Shown: positions 15,601-29,200, numbered from the stretch's first letter. The stretch is DNA of 64,000 nt from Chrysomallon squamiferum (GCA_012295275.1 CM022674.1:6572001-6636000); one strand, 5' to 3'. Made by a program: numbers and translations. Notes: generated by a model from the letters alone, not told the origin.

Positions 15601-15919
15601 TTTCAATATCACCAGTCGATGCTACTGAGCTTCTTGCTGACTCTCCAGGGAATTCACTTGTTTTTGTTTTCTCTACAACGAAGTATACAGGATCATCGGA
15701 ACCTTTAGCATCATTTTCATCGCCGTGGTTGACAACAACTTCTTTTATTTCTGTGAGACAGTCTGAATACTCTTCATTGGCATCATCAATATCATCAATA
15801 GTGTACAGAGCTGAAGCTGATGCAGCATCGTTGTATACAGAACTGGATCGAGATATGTGGTCACATTCCTTGTTGTCCACTTCATCACCAGGTGTCAGTG
15901 TGTGGTGGTCATCTGACAT
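290..15919 (-). CDS. ARHGEF10: Rho guanine nucleotide exchange factor 10/10-like (DH-PH plus start of the beta-propeller region), 3'-partial
   Basis: Phase-consistent GT-AG exons read by hand: 15919-14935, 13516-13332, 11990-11922, 8771-8607, 8455-8378, 7701-7528, 6495-6379, 5938-5846, 5603-5370, 5032-4947, 4065-3914, 3499-3384, 2718-2600, 2264-2173, 1407-1301, 543-290. DH motifs [19 protein letters not shown] and [48 protein letters not shown] match the ARHGEF10 family. The gene continues beyond position 1. Confidence 0.88.
780..2165. repeat. (AAT/AAC)n low-complexity intronic tracts (flanking exon 1301-1407)
   Basis: Degenerate trinucleotide repeats; similar tracts at 7705-8040, 54370-54650, 55100-55240 and 61960-62085. 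Confidence 0.85.
3210..3380. repeat. ~30-bp CA-rich minisatellite
   Basis: cacagacacacaaacgtacatatttaca, about 5 copies. Confidence 0.75.
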
Positions 15920-16046
15920 TTTTGCTTCTCTCTTTTGTGGTTACCATAGCAACAGATCACAGAAGATATAATCTTTAAAAAGAATGAAATAAATATTACT
16001 AAAAGGTAATTTTTTTTTATCTATTTTATTCTTTTTGTTGTCAGTT

Positions 16047-16077
<31 letters not shown>

Positions 16078-16709
16078 TGAAATTTAAATTTTAAACCTAA
16101 TTTATATTTGAATTAAAAAATAATAATGATAATTTTGAAAAATGTTCTAAATAACAGAGAGAGGCAACATTTTTCAAGTGAATGAAAAGTAAAAATTGCT
16201 ATCTAAACTGAGAATATAGATTAATGAATTGAAAAACAGAAGGTGCACGAAGTCATTCAGTGTATCAATGAGAGAATGTACACTTTCAAGATACTAATGA
16301 AATTTCATTCTTCAAATCAAAATACAACTGGAGAACTTGTGAAATTGCCTCTTAAGATGTACTACGACTGGATTCTCCACCTAATTTTGTTATCAGTCAT
16401 TATTAATTTAATATAATTTGTTTCTTTATACGAAATAAAAAGAATCAAACAAACAAATTCAAATGACTTACAAGTGACAATGGTTCGACAAAGTGGCGAC
16501 AATTTTCTTAAATTTGATATTCATAATATAATAGATATTGTGATACTGATATCACTGTTTATCAATGATATTAATTATGATAAGGATAAATATTTTAAAT
16601 CAGTTCTGTTATGAAGACAGTTTAAATCTGATAATATTTAAAATGCCATACAGAATTTTTCAACAACTGAAGACTGTCATATAAATTATTTTAAATTTGT
16701 TGTACTAAC

Positions 16710-16870
16710 CTTTCCATTAAAACGAAATAACTTTTTTACGTCAAAAATAAATACAAATACCAAACACGGAAGTCAGAATGGGACTTCCAGATATCCGGTC
16801 ATGTGCTAGTCTCGTTTGTTATGAATCATATATAAGCTGCTGTTACCGAGACTGCTAGTGCTTCGTTAAA
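16710..16870. promoter_or_regulatory. Probable non-coding first exon of ARHGEF10 (-) and divergent promoter region shared with XXYLT1 copy A
   Basis: Minus-strand donor (gttagt) at 16709; acceptor at ~15973 upstream of the ATG; ETS-like CGGAAGT near 16767 in a locally CpG-richer patch; head-to-head gene arrangement. Confidence 0.45.
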
Positions 16871-16912
16871 TTTTATCACTGTTGTTATCGTTGTTGTTTT
16901 TTTTTTTTTTGG

Positions 16913-16949
<37 letters not shown>

Positions 16950-17535
16950 TATTTTTATTATTATTTTTATTTGAAATTTTTTTAAACTAATGCGATTTAT
17001 CTAACTGATTCTGAAATGCTAAAACAAAATTAACCCACTGATTTAAACTGACAGATTCTATAGATGATAAAATTAAAATTCAGTGTGCGTGTGTGTGTGT
17101 CTGTGTATCTGTGTGAATAAGCAATGAAATAGCCGACGGACTAAAATTATGTATAAACTATTTAAACAGATTACTGTTGTTGTTAGGGGTATTGTTGCTG
17201 CTGCTGCTTTTTATATTAATATGGCTTTTTTTCTGTGTCACAAACATACACACACGTATATCCACACACACTTCAGTACGTAAATAACAAAATATAAAAG
17301 GAATGAATGTAGTCATAATTATCTGGATTAGAAACTAAGCTAATAAATTAATATTAAAATTAAAAATTTACTTAATTCATAACAATTAATTATAATATAA
17401 CTTTCATTTTCTTCAACAAGTTAAAACGACTTTGTTTTTAATAAATAAACAAGAAAATCAAATTTAAAAAAAAAAAAAGAAAAAAAAAGAACGAAAGTGT
17501 GTCAGTCGATCATGTAACACCTGATCGGTGGGGAT

Positions 17536-19191
17536 ATGGCGGCGACCGTTATTTTATGTCGTCTGCTCAAACACGCAAGCGAACTTCACGTTTTCTCCTG
17601 GGCGGTGCTTGTTTTTCTACTTTTTGCCTACTCAGTCTGGATAAACACAAACACTTTTACATCGATCACTAAAACTTTTCATCGTAACGCAGAACTGCGT
17701 ACGAGACAAACAAAACCGATGTATTATGCCGATTTGTTTCTTCAACGAATAAAGTCTCGAAATGACGATACAGTTCCTTGTGTAACGGGCGACGACATTG
17801 CTGTCGTTATTACTTTCAGCAAGGCAAAACAGTACAAAGAACTTCAGAACAAGTTTAAAATTTGTGTGTCGTCTTTGATGAAGGAAACAAATATGAGTAT
17901 TTTGTTTTATATAATTGGTGACAGTGAGAGTTATGATATAGCTAAAAGGATAATGGATGACATTTCTGTAAAACATTTCCGGGTGAGTTAAAATGTTTAT
18001 TTTATTTTATATAATTTACGTGTTTATTTTTTGTTGTTGTTGTTGTTGTTATTATTTAAACACCTGTTTTTCTTCTTTATCTCAATATTATTCTTTCTTT
18101 TTTAATATGTTATCTGGTGTTAAAATAAAAATCCCCATATGCAGGCAATAACAGGAAGTAACTGATAATGGCAAATTTTGTAATGCTCTACCGTATTTCT
18201 GTTTTTTTAAAGTTCTCCGTAATTCCTAATTTGTTGTCTTCATGTGATTATTGAAATACTAGTGTGTTTGTGTGTCTACGTATTTAATTATATATATAGT
18301 GCCTGATGATATTATAAAAACAAAAATTTCACAGACCTATTATTATAACAATCACTGTGTCCAAACGTCTTTTTATCACTGATCTGACTGGTGTATTTAG
18401 ATAAAGCAGCTTTAGGCTTGCCCAAATTAGTTCCTTTCTGATATATATATATATATCATTTATTATTGTTGTTATTGTTTCCTCATTGATTATTTTTTTC
18501 CTTCAAATTGTATTTTCAGACTGTGCATCTAAATGTCAACCAGCTTGTATCAGAATTCGGACACATTATTAAAAAAATGCAGAAATGTTTCACATCACCG
18601 GGTTCTTACTATAGCGACCCCCTCTTCTACCTCTCGCCTCTGATTCACAGAGTTATTCCCCTTCAGGTGCACAAAGTTATAGTGCTTGATGCCGATTTGA
18701 AATTCCAGTCTGACATCAAGAAATTGTTCGAATTATTTGCAGAGTTTAACGAAGAAAATATAATTGGGATTGCGCGAGAGACACAACCCGTCTACAGACA
18801 TGCGTTTGAGCAGTACCGGAAGAGACATCCAGGAAGTCGAGTAGGAGAACCGCCACCTAACGGACTTACTGGATTCAACAGCGGCGTTTTGCTTCTCGAT
18901 ATAGACAGAATGAGAGCTTCGCAGATATATAATCATTTAATAGATTCGGACGCTATTCTGAAATTAACAGAAAAATACGTGTTCAAAGGTTTCCTAGGCG
19001 ACCAAGACTTCTTTACGTTGTTGTCTTTTGAATACGAGGATTTATTTTACATTTTACCATGCACGTGGAACCGACAACTGTGTGAATGGTTCCGATACCA
19101 CGGCTACTCTGACGTTTTTGATGATTATTTCGTGTGTGACGGTCGCATTAATGTTTATCACGGAAATTGTAATACTTCATTTCCTGCTTAA
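17536..19191 (+). CDS. XXYLT1: Xyloside xylosyltransferase 1-like, copy A (GT8; divergent acceptor site), 372 aa
   Basis: Exons 17536-17982 (CGG|gtgagt) and 18520-19191 (tttcag|ACT), phase 0. N-terminal type II TM anchor, DAD (DxD) motif, ARETQPVYRH, GFNSGVLL, LGDQDFFT, WNRQLC, YHGNCNT. Confidence 0.9.
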
Positions 19192-19207
19192 AATAAATAA
19201 ACCTTTA

Positions 19208-19266
<59 letters not shown>

Positions 19267-19438
19267 CCCCATTACAAGATATTCTAAAACTAAAATATTA
19301 TTATAAATTAATTAATTAATATTCGAATATTTTAATTTATAAATAAGAAATGTTCTTTGTATATCCAGACTTTTAGAAATACAAAAAATAATTGAAACAT
19401 GATTTGTTAAATTAGTATTTCTGCCTATTTTGAATCAG

Positions 19439-19503
<65 letters not shown>

Positions 19504-19720
19504 CGATGTTGGTAAATATTCAGCTACATTACGAATATTTTTTATTTATTATTGTTAGCTGCTGTATAACAACGGTCAACTAAAGTTAATAAGCATATTT
19601 ACACCTTTACTGATTTAGGGACAACTGATGTTAATGTTTTGGGGGTTTTTAGATTATTTTTCTAATGTCTGAACTATTTCGTGTGACACCGGTTTCTCGC
19701 AAAATCACGCGTGATGTGTC

Positions 19721-20241
19721 ATGGCAGCAGTGAGAATGTTTTGTCGTGTTGTGAAAGGATCGGTTGCGTTGCAGCTGTTTCTCGTTGCGTTTATTGCTTT
19801 TCTTCTTTACGCTTTTTATGTGTGGAAAAATGCAAATACTTTTACAACGATAACCAAAAATATTTATCGCAAACCGGAACTACATAATAAAGAAACGCAC
19901 TCTATTTCGTTCTTCGAACAGATGGACGAAGAAAATGAAGTTCCCACGGATGCTGTTGCCATTGAAGATTACCGTTTTCTTACCCACAGAGAAATTGACG
20001 TTATAATAACCTTTAGCAATGCGAAGCAAAACTATGGACTGCAGCAAAAGTTTAAGATGTGTGTATTTACTTTACTGAAGAATACAAAAATGAAAATAGT
20101 TTTTTATATTATTGGTGACGAGAGTAGTCAAAACATTGCTGAAAATATCTTGAATGAGGTTACTCAAACAAAAAACTTTAAATTTACGGTGAGTGTTTAC
20201 AACGAGCTATTTAGCTAATATGTCAGAATATTGGTGTTAAA

Positions 20242-20335
<94 letters not shown>

Positions 20336-21130
20336 CACACACACACACGTACATTTTTCACATTTTTATTAATTTTATAGCAAAATGTATTTCAAATTAC
20401 CTGTTCATTTTATAAAAATTAAATATATAACTATTGTGTTTTATAATTTGCTTTTCAGGTTATTCACCTTGACATAAGAGACCTTTCAGAAAAACTTGAT
20501 AAAACTGTCAGCAAGATGCAGAAGTTTTTCTCTAAACCAGGAGCATACTATCACGAACCTCTTTTCTTCCTGTCACTAGTAATTCACAGAGTTATGCCCC
20601 CTGACCTGCACAGAGTTATAATGCTCGACTCCGATCTGAAATTCATGTCTGATATTAAACTCCTGTACAGACAGTTTTGGGACTTCAAAGAAGACAACAT
20701 TCTTGGCATTGCAAGAGAAATGCAACCAGTTTACCGCCATACGTTCTGGCAATACCGTAAAAACCATCCAAACACCAGAGTCGGAGAGCCTCCTCCCAAT
20801 GGCCTCACAGGCTTCAACAGCGGAGTTTTGCTGCTGGATCTCGATAAGATGAGAAAATCACATCTTTATAATTCATTAATCGATTCCAATGCTGTTTTTA
20901 ATTTGACAGAAAAATATTTTTTCAAAGGACATCTTGGGGATCAGGATTTTTTCACGTTGCTGTCGCTGGAGCACGAGAACTTGTTTTACATTTTGCCGTG
21001 CACATGGAACAGACAGTTGTGTGAGTGGTGGAGACATCATGGCTACGTGGATGTCTTTGATAAATATTTTAAGTGCGAAGGTCACATTAATATTTACCAT
21101 GGTAACTGCAATACACCTTTTCCGGAATGA
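19721..21130 (+). CDS. XXYLT1: Xyloside xylosyltransferase 1, copy B (canonical motifs), 379 aa
   Basis: Exons 19721-20188 (ACG|gtgagt) and 20459-21130 (tttcag|GTT), same intron position as copy A. Motifs DSD, AREMQPVYRHTFWQ, GFNSGV, FKGHLGDQDFFT, WNRQLCEWWRHHGY and YHGNCNTPFP are all XXYLT1-typical. Confidence 0.93.
20244..20332. repeat. (CT)n microsatellite
   Basis: Pure CT run in the XXYLT1 copy B intron. Confidence 0.95.
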
Positions 21131-23156
21131 ATTCCAACATTTAGTTCCAATAACAGAATCAGTACTTTTGTTTTTGTTCCGTTAATAATCATAATTTTTT
21201 TTTTTCATACTTAATTATGTGATTTGGTTTTTTGGTCACAAAAAGTCATTACCAGTATCATCTTCCCCTCCACCTCAACAATTGTAGTATTTTATTGTAG
21301 ATGTTCTCATTATCAGTTTCACTTCTTAGTCAACCTGTCAAGGAAACTGCTAAGTGAAATTTTTTTTAAATAACAGTTTCAAACTTCTTGGTCACTTTGT
21401 TATGGATATCAACTGAAATCCATGGATTAAAAGAAAAAGAATTGTGTTCTTTTGTAAATGGTGATTTTATCAAGTGATTACAAGAATACGACTGTGGAAG
21501 TCTAAAGCCAATTTTGACTTATTTATTTGGTGATAAACAAAATAATTCTTTGATGAGGGTTTCATTTGTCAGCTGATGTTTGTTACTGTATTTATATTTT
21601 TACAAAATTTATTTATTAAATTTAGAACAGACAGAGACAATAGTTAATTCTGTTGACAGAAAAGAAATTAGTTATTATATTGTTTTATTATTAAGTTTTA
21701 TAAATATAATTAAAATATTCTGAAGCTTGAATTGTTACAGTCCTCATAACTGGATTCTGGTTTATTACTGAATATTGTTATATGTCTATTGTATCAACAG
21801 AGAGAGACTGTCAGTAATGTTTTTTGAAATCATAATTTATCATTATAAATAAGGATGTGGATGGTTAAGGCAACTCAAAGAAGTTGAATTTCCTTGATAA
21901 ATGTTTGGAAAATTTTACCAAGCTTTGTACTATTTATTTTGTAAATGTAATAGTGTGTTTACATTTATTATTACTATTATCTTATTTATTTTTATTTTTT
22001 TATTATTTTTGATATATGTCTCAAGATATTTACTTGTATGGAATTGATTTCCAAACTTTTTTATTTCTTTTGACAAAATAATTGGAGGTATTGTCTTACC
22101 ATAAATTTTATAACAATAACAGTAACTTATAATAATAATGATAATATTACTTAGGATATACTTTATAATTTTTATTAAAAACAATTTTTAGTTTATAATT
22201 TATATCTATATTTACACTGTTTGATAGTACTATAAAACTTATTAAAGAATTTACACTGAATGTGTGTTTGTGTGTCCTATAAAAATATATACACACATCT
22301 GAAATATTAATTTCTATTTGTATATATTATTCTATTTTAAATCCACTTGAAATTATCTAATTTATAAAAGAAGAGAAAATAGATTTTCCATTTTACTTTG
22401 TGGCTGATCCACTAACAAAAGCTAATAAATTACAAATAGTTGTATCAGTAGAATGCTAAACTAGTTCAGAAATTTCATGTCATCTTTTTTGTATGTAAGA
22501 AGCAGTATTACTGTTGTCCACTTTTTATATTTTATATTGAATGTATGAAAAATGTAAGTTGTTAAACATCATGGAAATAATTCAGATGCATTTATTCACT
22601 TTATTATTATTATTTAGTATATATTTTTTGTTTTTATATAACTGATGTTTAATATATGTGCCAAAATACTATGTCATTCCAAAAAAAGGTTATAGCATAT
22701 TTTAGTAATAAAAGTAGTGCTTTAATGAACCAGTTGATTTGTTTTTTTATTTTTATTGTTTGTGTGTGTGTGAGGGTATGTGTCTGCAGTAACACACCAA
22801 TGCAGAAAAGGAATTGACACATTTTTATTTTATTTTTTTAAGATTATTTTTTTTATTATCATTTTGTTTTCTTCATCATAACTGAATTCAGAATAACTTT
22901 TTAATTGTTTTTTTTTTCTCTTGCTTTACAAAGAAAAATGTTTTTTATTTTAAAATTTATTCATTTTTAATTCTTAATTATTTTTGTTCACTATATATTA
23001 ATAAATAGATGAAAATAATAACAATTTATAAATAATATTATTGCTGGTACAGACTAAAAGAATTAAAACAATTTAAAATATACAATTTAAATTTAAATAT
23101 TGAATAGTTTTGGGGGAATATATGTATGGATGGTTATATGCGTTTGTGTGTGTGTG

Positions 23157-23188
<32 letters not shown>

Positions 23189-23267
23189 TATATATATATA
23201 TATAAACTGGTCGTCTATGTCACAGTTAAGGGGCACAACTCTTTCCTCTGAAGTTGATAAGCTGATG

Positions 23268-26200
23268 TTAAGCTGACAAAACCACTGCTCCCTCGTAGGC
23301 TTTTTGCAGCAGAATATTCGTGTTGACTCCACCCAATATATCCAGCTGTGAAACTGTGACGTTTAACTCTTTATTCAACCAGTTGACCATCTCTACAGCC
23401 ATTAACGAGTCTACTCCATACTCAACCATGGGTTTCGACAGGTCCACTGTTTCAATGTCCATGCACAACAGGTTTGACAACTTCCGCTTTACTTTCATTT
23501 CAAGGTCTTCCCGACTTATTTTGACAACGGAGTCTGGAAAAGATGATGACGTCATAATGAAGTATACGTAACAATGAATAATAGGTACACAATGTAAGAT
23601 GTTTAAGACTGTTTATTTAATTAAACGTAAAATATGAACAAGAAAAGAAAGTATAATAACTAAATAAAAACAGTAATCATTTTGAATATGTTGCTGTAGA
23701 AATAAAAAAAAACGACAATTTTTCTTTCATAACCAATCAAAAACCAGTTTCTGATCATGTGACCGACTAACAGACGTCTCCACGACAGCGTAGATTACAG
23801 AAAACAATTAAAAGACTTAAGAATCAGTGACATGAGATGAAGTAGGACAGATAACCCCTTCCTTGGTATGTATTGTTATATTACTTTTTTTGTAACAATT
23901 TTAGTTATAAGAGAGAAAAAAAAAAAACAACAATAAATAAATCTGTACCCATGATCATTCGATTTATTCATACAAACAGCCAAAATGAAAAACTGGAAGA
24001 AATTAAAATTAACGGAAGCACTGAATGTGAATTATTACCTTTGTCTGATTCATCTGAAGTCAGCTGCAAACCTGTAAACATCGTACATCCTTTGTATATG
24101 TGATTCTGTAGAATGTTCCAGTTCTGAAATATAAATATATCTGTCAGTAAATATTTTTTATTATTACTATTATTATTATTGTTGTTGTTGTTGCTATTAT
24201 TATATTTTAATTTTTATTTAATTTTCTTTTGAAACATAAAAGATAGCTTGATTAATCCATCAAATTAAATGCCTTTAATGACATACAAAATTAAATACTC
24301 TGTTTAATTTAAATTTTATTAATTTATATCTCGTTTATTACATTTTTTCTTTTTGAATGTTTTCATTTTTACTTCTATATTTAGTAACAATAACAAAACT
24401 AATAATATTTACTTTATATTTATCATTATTATTGATGTAGTTCTTCTTCTTCTTCTTCTTCTCTTCTTCTTCTTCTTGTTATTATTGTATTTCTTCTTCT
24501 TCTTCTTCTTAGTTTATTATTATTATTATTATTATTCCTTACTTACTTACTTACTTATTCACTCACTTACTTACCATGTTTGCATATGCTATGACTGGGT
24601 GCTCTTTCTGTATAATAATCCTATCCAGGTTTGAAACCAACCTCCTCAACATGGATTGTCAGCAGACCCCTCGCTTTCAAAATATCACCAGCCATTTTAT
24701 TACTTTTAAGAATCCCGGCTCCAGTTACCGCCCCCAGCTGAACGGCAAGTCCTGGCAATCCCACCAGATGGCGGTGTCGTGCTAGTGACTCGAGATAGGC
24801 GTTTGCGCTGACGTAAGCACTCTGTTCCATGTTGCCAGATAACGTTGTCACGGACGACATCATGACGAAATATTCGAGATTTTTTCTGTCTTCTGTTGCT
24901 AGGTGGAGATTGAGCGCAGATTTAGCCTTGGAATCCAAAACTCGTTTTAGTTTTGCCTCGGTCAGCTCTGTTATAGAATCGTCTTCAACCACACCGGCTA
25001 AATGGAAAACGCCTTTCAACGGAAGGTCCGTGCTTTCCTCTAGATCCTTAATAGCTTTTGAGACGTCATTTAATGACGTCATATCTGTATGCAAGTCGTG
25101 AATACGGACGTTGTTTTCTTGCAGCCATTTTAGCGTGCATTTCTGTTCCAGCGTGTGGAATCCATTTCTTGACACAACAGCAATTTGGCTCGCTCCTCTC
25201 CGAGTCATCCAACGAAGAATATTTAAACCAATTCCACCAGTGCCCCCCGTAACCATGTACACAGCATCGCGGTCAAACAGAGTTGAAGAACGGTTAACAT
25301 GAGACGGGACAAAATCATCATCAACAGTCAGAACAATTTTTCCAATGTGCGATCCACCCATCATAGTTTTGAACGCTGGTTTGAAATCGGCCATAGCGTG
25401 GCTGGTTGTTTTAACAGGTTGTATTACTCCTTCGTCCATCAGTTTCATCACTTTCTTCAGAATCTTCTTGACGCTTTTTGGATGGGATGTCATCAGTAAA
25501 TCTAACTGTACTGACAGAAAAGATTTGTTTTCAAGGAAAACTCGAGAACCAAGGTGATTATCTTCCAAAATGTCTCGTTTGCCGATTTCGCAAAATCTGC
25601 CGCCGTCTGCTAAAACCGTCAATCCCGCTTTCAGCCTGTCTCCACTCAGTGAATTCAAGATGACGTCTGCTCCTCTCCCATTGGTCCAGTCCATAACGTC
25701 CTCCACGAACTGCGTAGATCTCGAGTCTGTGACTAGCTCGACTCCGCAGTTTTCTTTCAGATAGTCTCTCTTTTCCTCAGACCCAGCAGAACAAATTATT
25801 CTCGCTCCAATCATCTTGGCAATCTGGACCGCTGCTTGGCCTACTCCTCCAGCAGCAGAATGGATTAGGAGTGTTTCTCCTTCCTGCAAGTTTCCTTTGA
25901 CGATCAAGGCTTCGTACGCTGTTGAAAACACGATGCCGATCCCACTTGCCTCGTCAAAACTAACATCTTTCGGTTTGTGGATAACAAAATGTTCTGGAAT
26001 AGTAACAAGGGACGCCAGACATCTTGTTCCTAAAGCAACAACTTCGTCACCAACACCGACGTCATTTACTTGACTTCCTACAGCTTCGACAATTCCAGAA
26101 CATTCCAGTCCGAGTTCGTCTCCCTCGGTGAGGTCTTTGAGCATGCCCATTGTCGACATGACGTCTTTGAAGTTCAGTGCTGAAGACTTAACGCGGATTC

Positions 26201-29200
26201 TCACTTCATTTTGTTTTAGTGGCTCAAGATGCTGCTCACTGTATGCCAGACCGTCAATGGATCCTGTCCCTGAGGCAGACAGATACCAGTTTTCAGGACT
26301 ACGTGGTTTTGGAGAAGAAATATCCACTCTGGTTACTTTAGGAACATATAATTTCCCGTTCTCGATGGTATATTCTCGATCTATCAAACTGTCGCCATGA
26401 AATAGTTTCTGCAGGGTTTCTGTTGTCTCTGAGGCAAGACGATGATCTGATGTGTTCAGTGACACCTGGAAAACAGGAGTTGTTCTAAATTCATTGACAG
26501 CCACTCTGATCATTCCACAAAACATGTCAGTGTTTGGATACGCCAGTGTCATGTCAGAATGTGGATACGTCGTTACCAAGTCATCACATTTCAGTGTGAT
26601 CAGCCACAGTTTCTCAATGTTATTCTGTCTTTTAGCAGCTGCCTTCAGCAGCTGAAGAACTGTGTTCATCTCTGTGACATTCTCTTGCAATACACAAAAC
26701 ACTTGATACACGTTTGCTTCATCTATGTTTTGTACCAAGTCCTCAACTGTAGAACTTGAGATACATTCCAGTCCAACAGCTTTAGCAACCACTGATGAAA
26801 GACATGTTTTATTCGACTTCTCTCTGAAGAATAAGACAGAGTTGTTCTTTATGTCTGGTACTAACGTATTGCGGATTTCACTTTTGCTGCCTACTATAAC
26901 TGAATGAAAAAGTCAGGCTGGGGACCAGAAATGACATTTTCAAACCCATTACTAGTGAAAATGTTTTTCCATTCTTCTTGAGTCAACCAGCATTTCTTCT
27001 TCCTGAAGTCGTTGAAAGTCCAACAGAGTTCGAGAGTTCCAAAAATAACTTCTCTCATATTGTACGTTTCTGTTGCCTCCAGCATCAGCAGCCAGCCTTT
27101 CGGTGCGAGCAGATCTCTCATATTGGACAAGCCGTTCTCGATATTTACAACAGCGTGAAGGGTGTCCATGCATATAACGATGTCGTAGGATTCTTTGTGG
27201 AAACCTTGCTCAGACACAGACTTCTCTATGTCCAATTGCTGATACTTCACCTCCGGGTAGTCTTTCAGAGTCTGTTTGGAATGCAGAAAGAACGTCCTCG
27301 TCAAATCCGTGAAGACGTATTCGACTCTCCCATCTTTCATCAGCTTGCGAAGAGGCGCCAGAACGACTTTTGACAGACCGCCCATTCTTCCACCAACTTC
27401 GACAATTCTGACAGTTCTTTTCTCCTTGAGCGACGTCTCCACCGCGTCCAGCACCATGTCACGTACCAGTTTGTAAAACAGCCTAGTCGTCAGAGATTCC
27501 ATAAAGTATTCTGCAAGACCATCAGCAGCAAAAAGGACGTCTAGAGCAGCCTTGGGGTGTTGTAAAGAGAGAGGAAGCAAAGTTCCAAGACGTTGAAACA
27601 TTCTCAGCTCTACATCAAAATCAGGAATCTGATCATGCAGGAGACAAAATGCTGCGTCGAGATCCTCAGTCCTCTCTGTCTCCTTCGCTGCCACTTCTTT
27701 CAGACAGTCGTAGTATTTTAAAAGAGCTGGAGCGACATCTCTGATGTCTGTCCTTTCAATCACTCTGGCTGCAAACGTCGAACTCATTTTAGATAAAAGA
27801 TCTGAATGGGCGTCGATCTGCAGGACAGATCCGGCGTCCTCGGGGTAGTCTTTCTTCATCTGAGTCCAAGAGAGTCTCTGGAGATGTTTGTTTATATCTG
27901 GTAGGACGGCTTCTGTTGGCTGGAAAGCTTTCATGTATACACACTGCGTGAAATCAGTCTGTGAAACTGAAACGTTCCGAGCTTCGAATCCTTTTATCTC
28001 CATGACAACTTCTCCCGTGTCCATCACGAGGCTTATACCAGCTGTTAACAAAGACGGGGTCACATCTGTGATTTCCGTAACAGCAAACAGCGTTACATTA
28101 GCCGGTACGTCCTTGCAGTGAAGTATCAGGTCCTTTATTGCAACAGGCAAGTACAGACCACTGCTGAATCCATACGACAGCAGCGCCGCCTGTAGGCAAC
28201 CGTCTAAAGTTGTCACCTGAAGTCTTTGATGGTTATCCTTTGCTGGAATCAATTCACAGACACACTGACCTTCAGACACCCAAGCTTTTCTAATCACTTG
28301 GAAAGCTGGTCCATACTGCAGACCCAAATCTGCAAACTCTCTGTAAACCTCTTCCATACTTTTCTCAACCATTCTTTTTGTGACATCCAAAAGGTTTTTC
28401 TCAAGGCAAATGGATTTTGATTTAAAAGAGTCTGAAGTGAAACAGCACGAAGCGTGTTCTGTGTGTTTACTTTGTACTGACATCACGTTCCCACGAGTTA
28501 CACAATTCAGCTGAAGTGTCTCAGACTGAAAGGCCGGACTTTCTGACGCATCTCCCAGACACAAAATTTGTTTAAACAAGATGTTTTTCAGATGTAGATT
28601 CCCAACAGTAGTCTCTGCCATTAACTCCAAGTATCCAGCACCAGGGAAAATAATTTTACCTTCAATCACGTGATCTTTGAGAAACGGAAACGTCACAAGG
28701 GAAATAGCTCCTCCATTTCCTTTGAAAGATCTGTCTTTCAAGCCCAGGCGCTTAATTCTCGATGATTCCGCCTCGCACCAGAAGGCTCTGTGTTGCCATG
28801 GACACCTTGGTAGCGGCGACCATTCTTCTCTGTGGTTATAAATGTTAGTCCAGTTAAGGCGAACGTTGTTAACGTACAAAATGCCCAGAGCGTTCAGAAC
28901 AGTTGTTTTGTCAGACTTTCCTCTCGTGCAGCTGTTGATCAAAACGGGTGACTCCTTGTTCAGGTGCAAAGCTGTTTGCTGAACGCACGAAAGAAGAGTC
29001 GCTGCCGATGAACATTCAATGACGATGTCAACATCATGCTCAGTCAGTAAGGAACTCAACCCTCCCAAAAAGTTCACTGGCTGTCTAATGTTGTCCCACC
29101 AGTATGTCGCCCCCAAAGACGTTGTCAGACGTTGTCCTGTTACTGAAGAATAAAATGGAGTCATTCCTTCGCGGTTTGTATGTTTTCCTTCAACGGCAAG

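Noticed and set aside
24621-26792. Separate 723-aa ER-KR gene
   Set aside because: The frame is open upstream to the end of the cMT with no real ATG start or intergenic gap; it is the same exon after a 1-nt shift.
26894-26915. Programmed -1 ribosomal frameshift between cMT and ER
   Set aside because: C UUU UUC is not a canonical X XXY YYZ heptamer, and similar 1-nt run deletions occur in ELYS.
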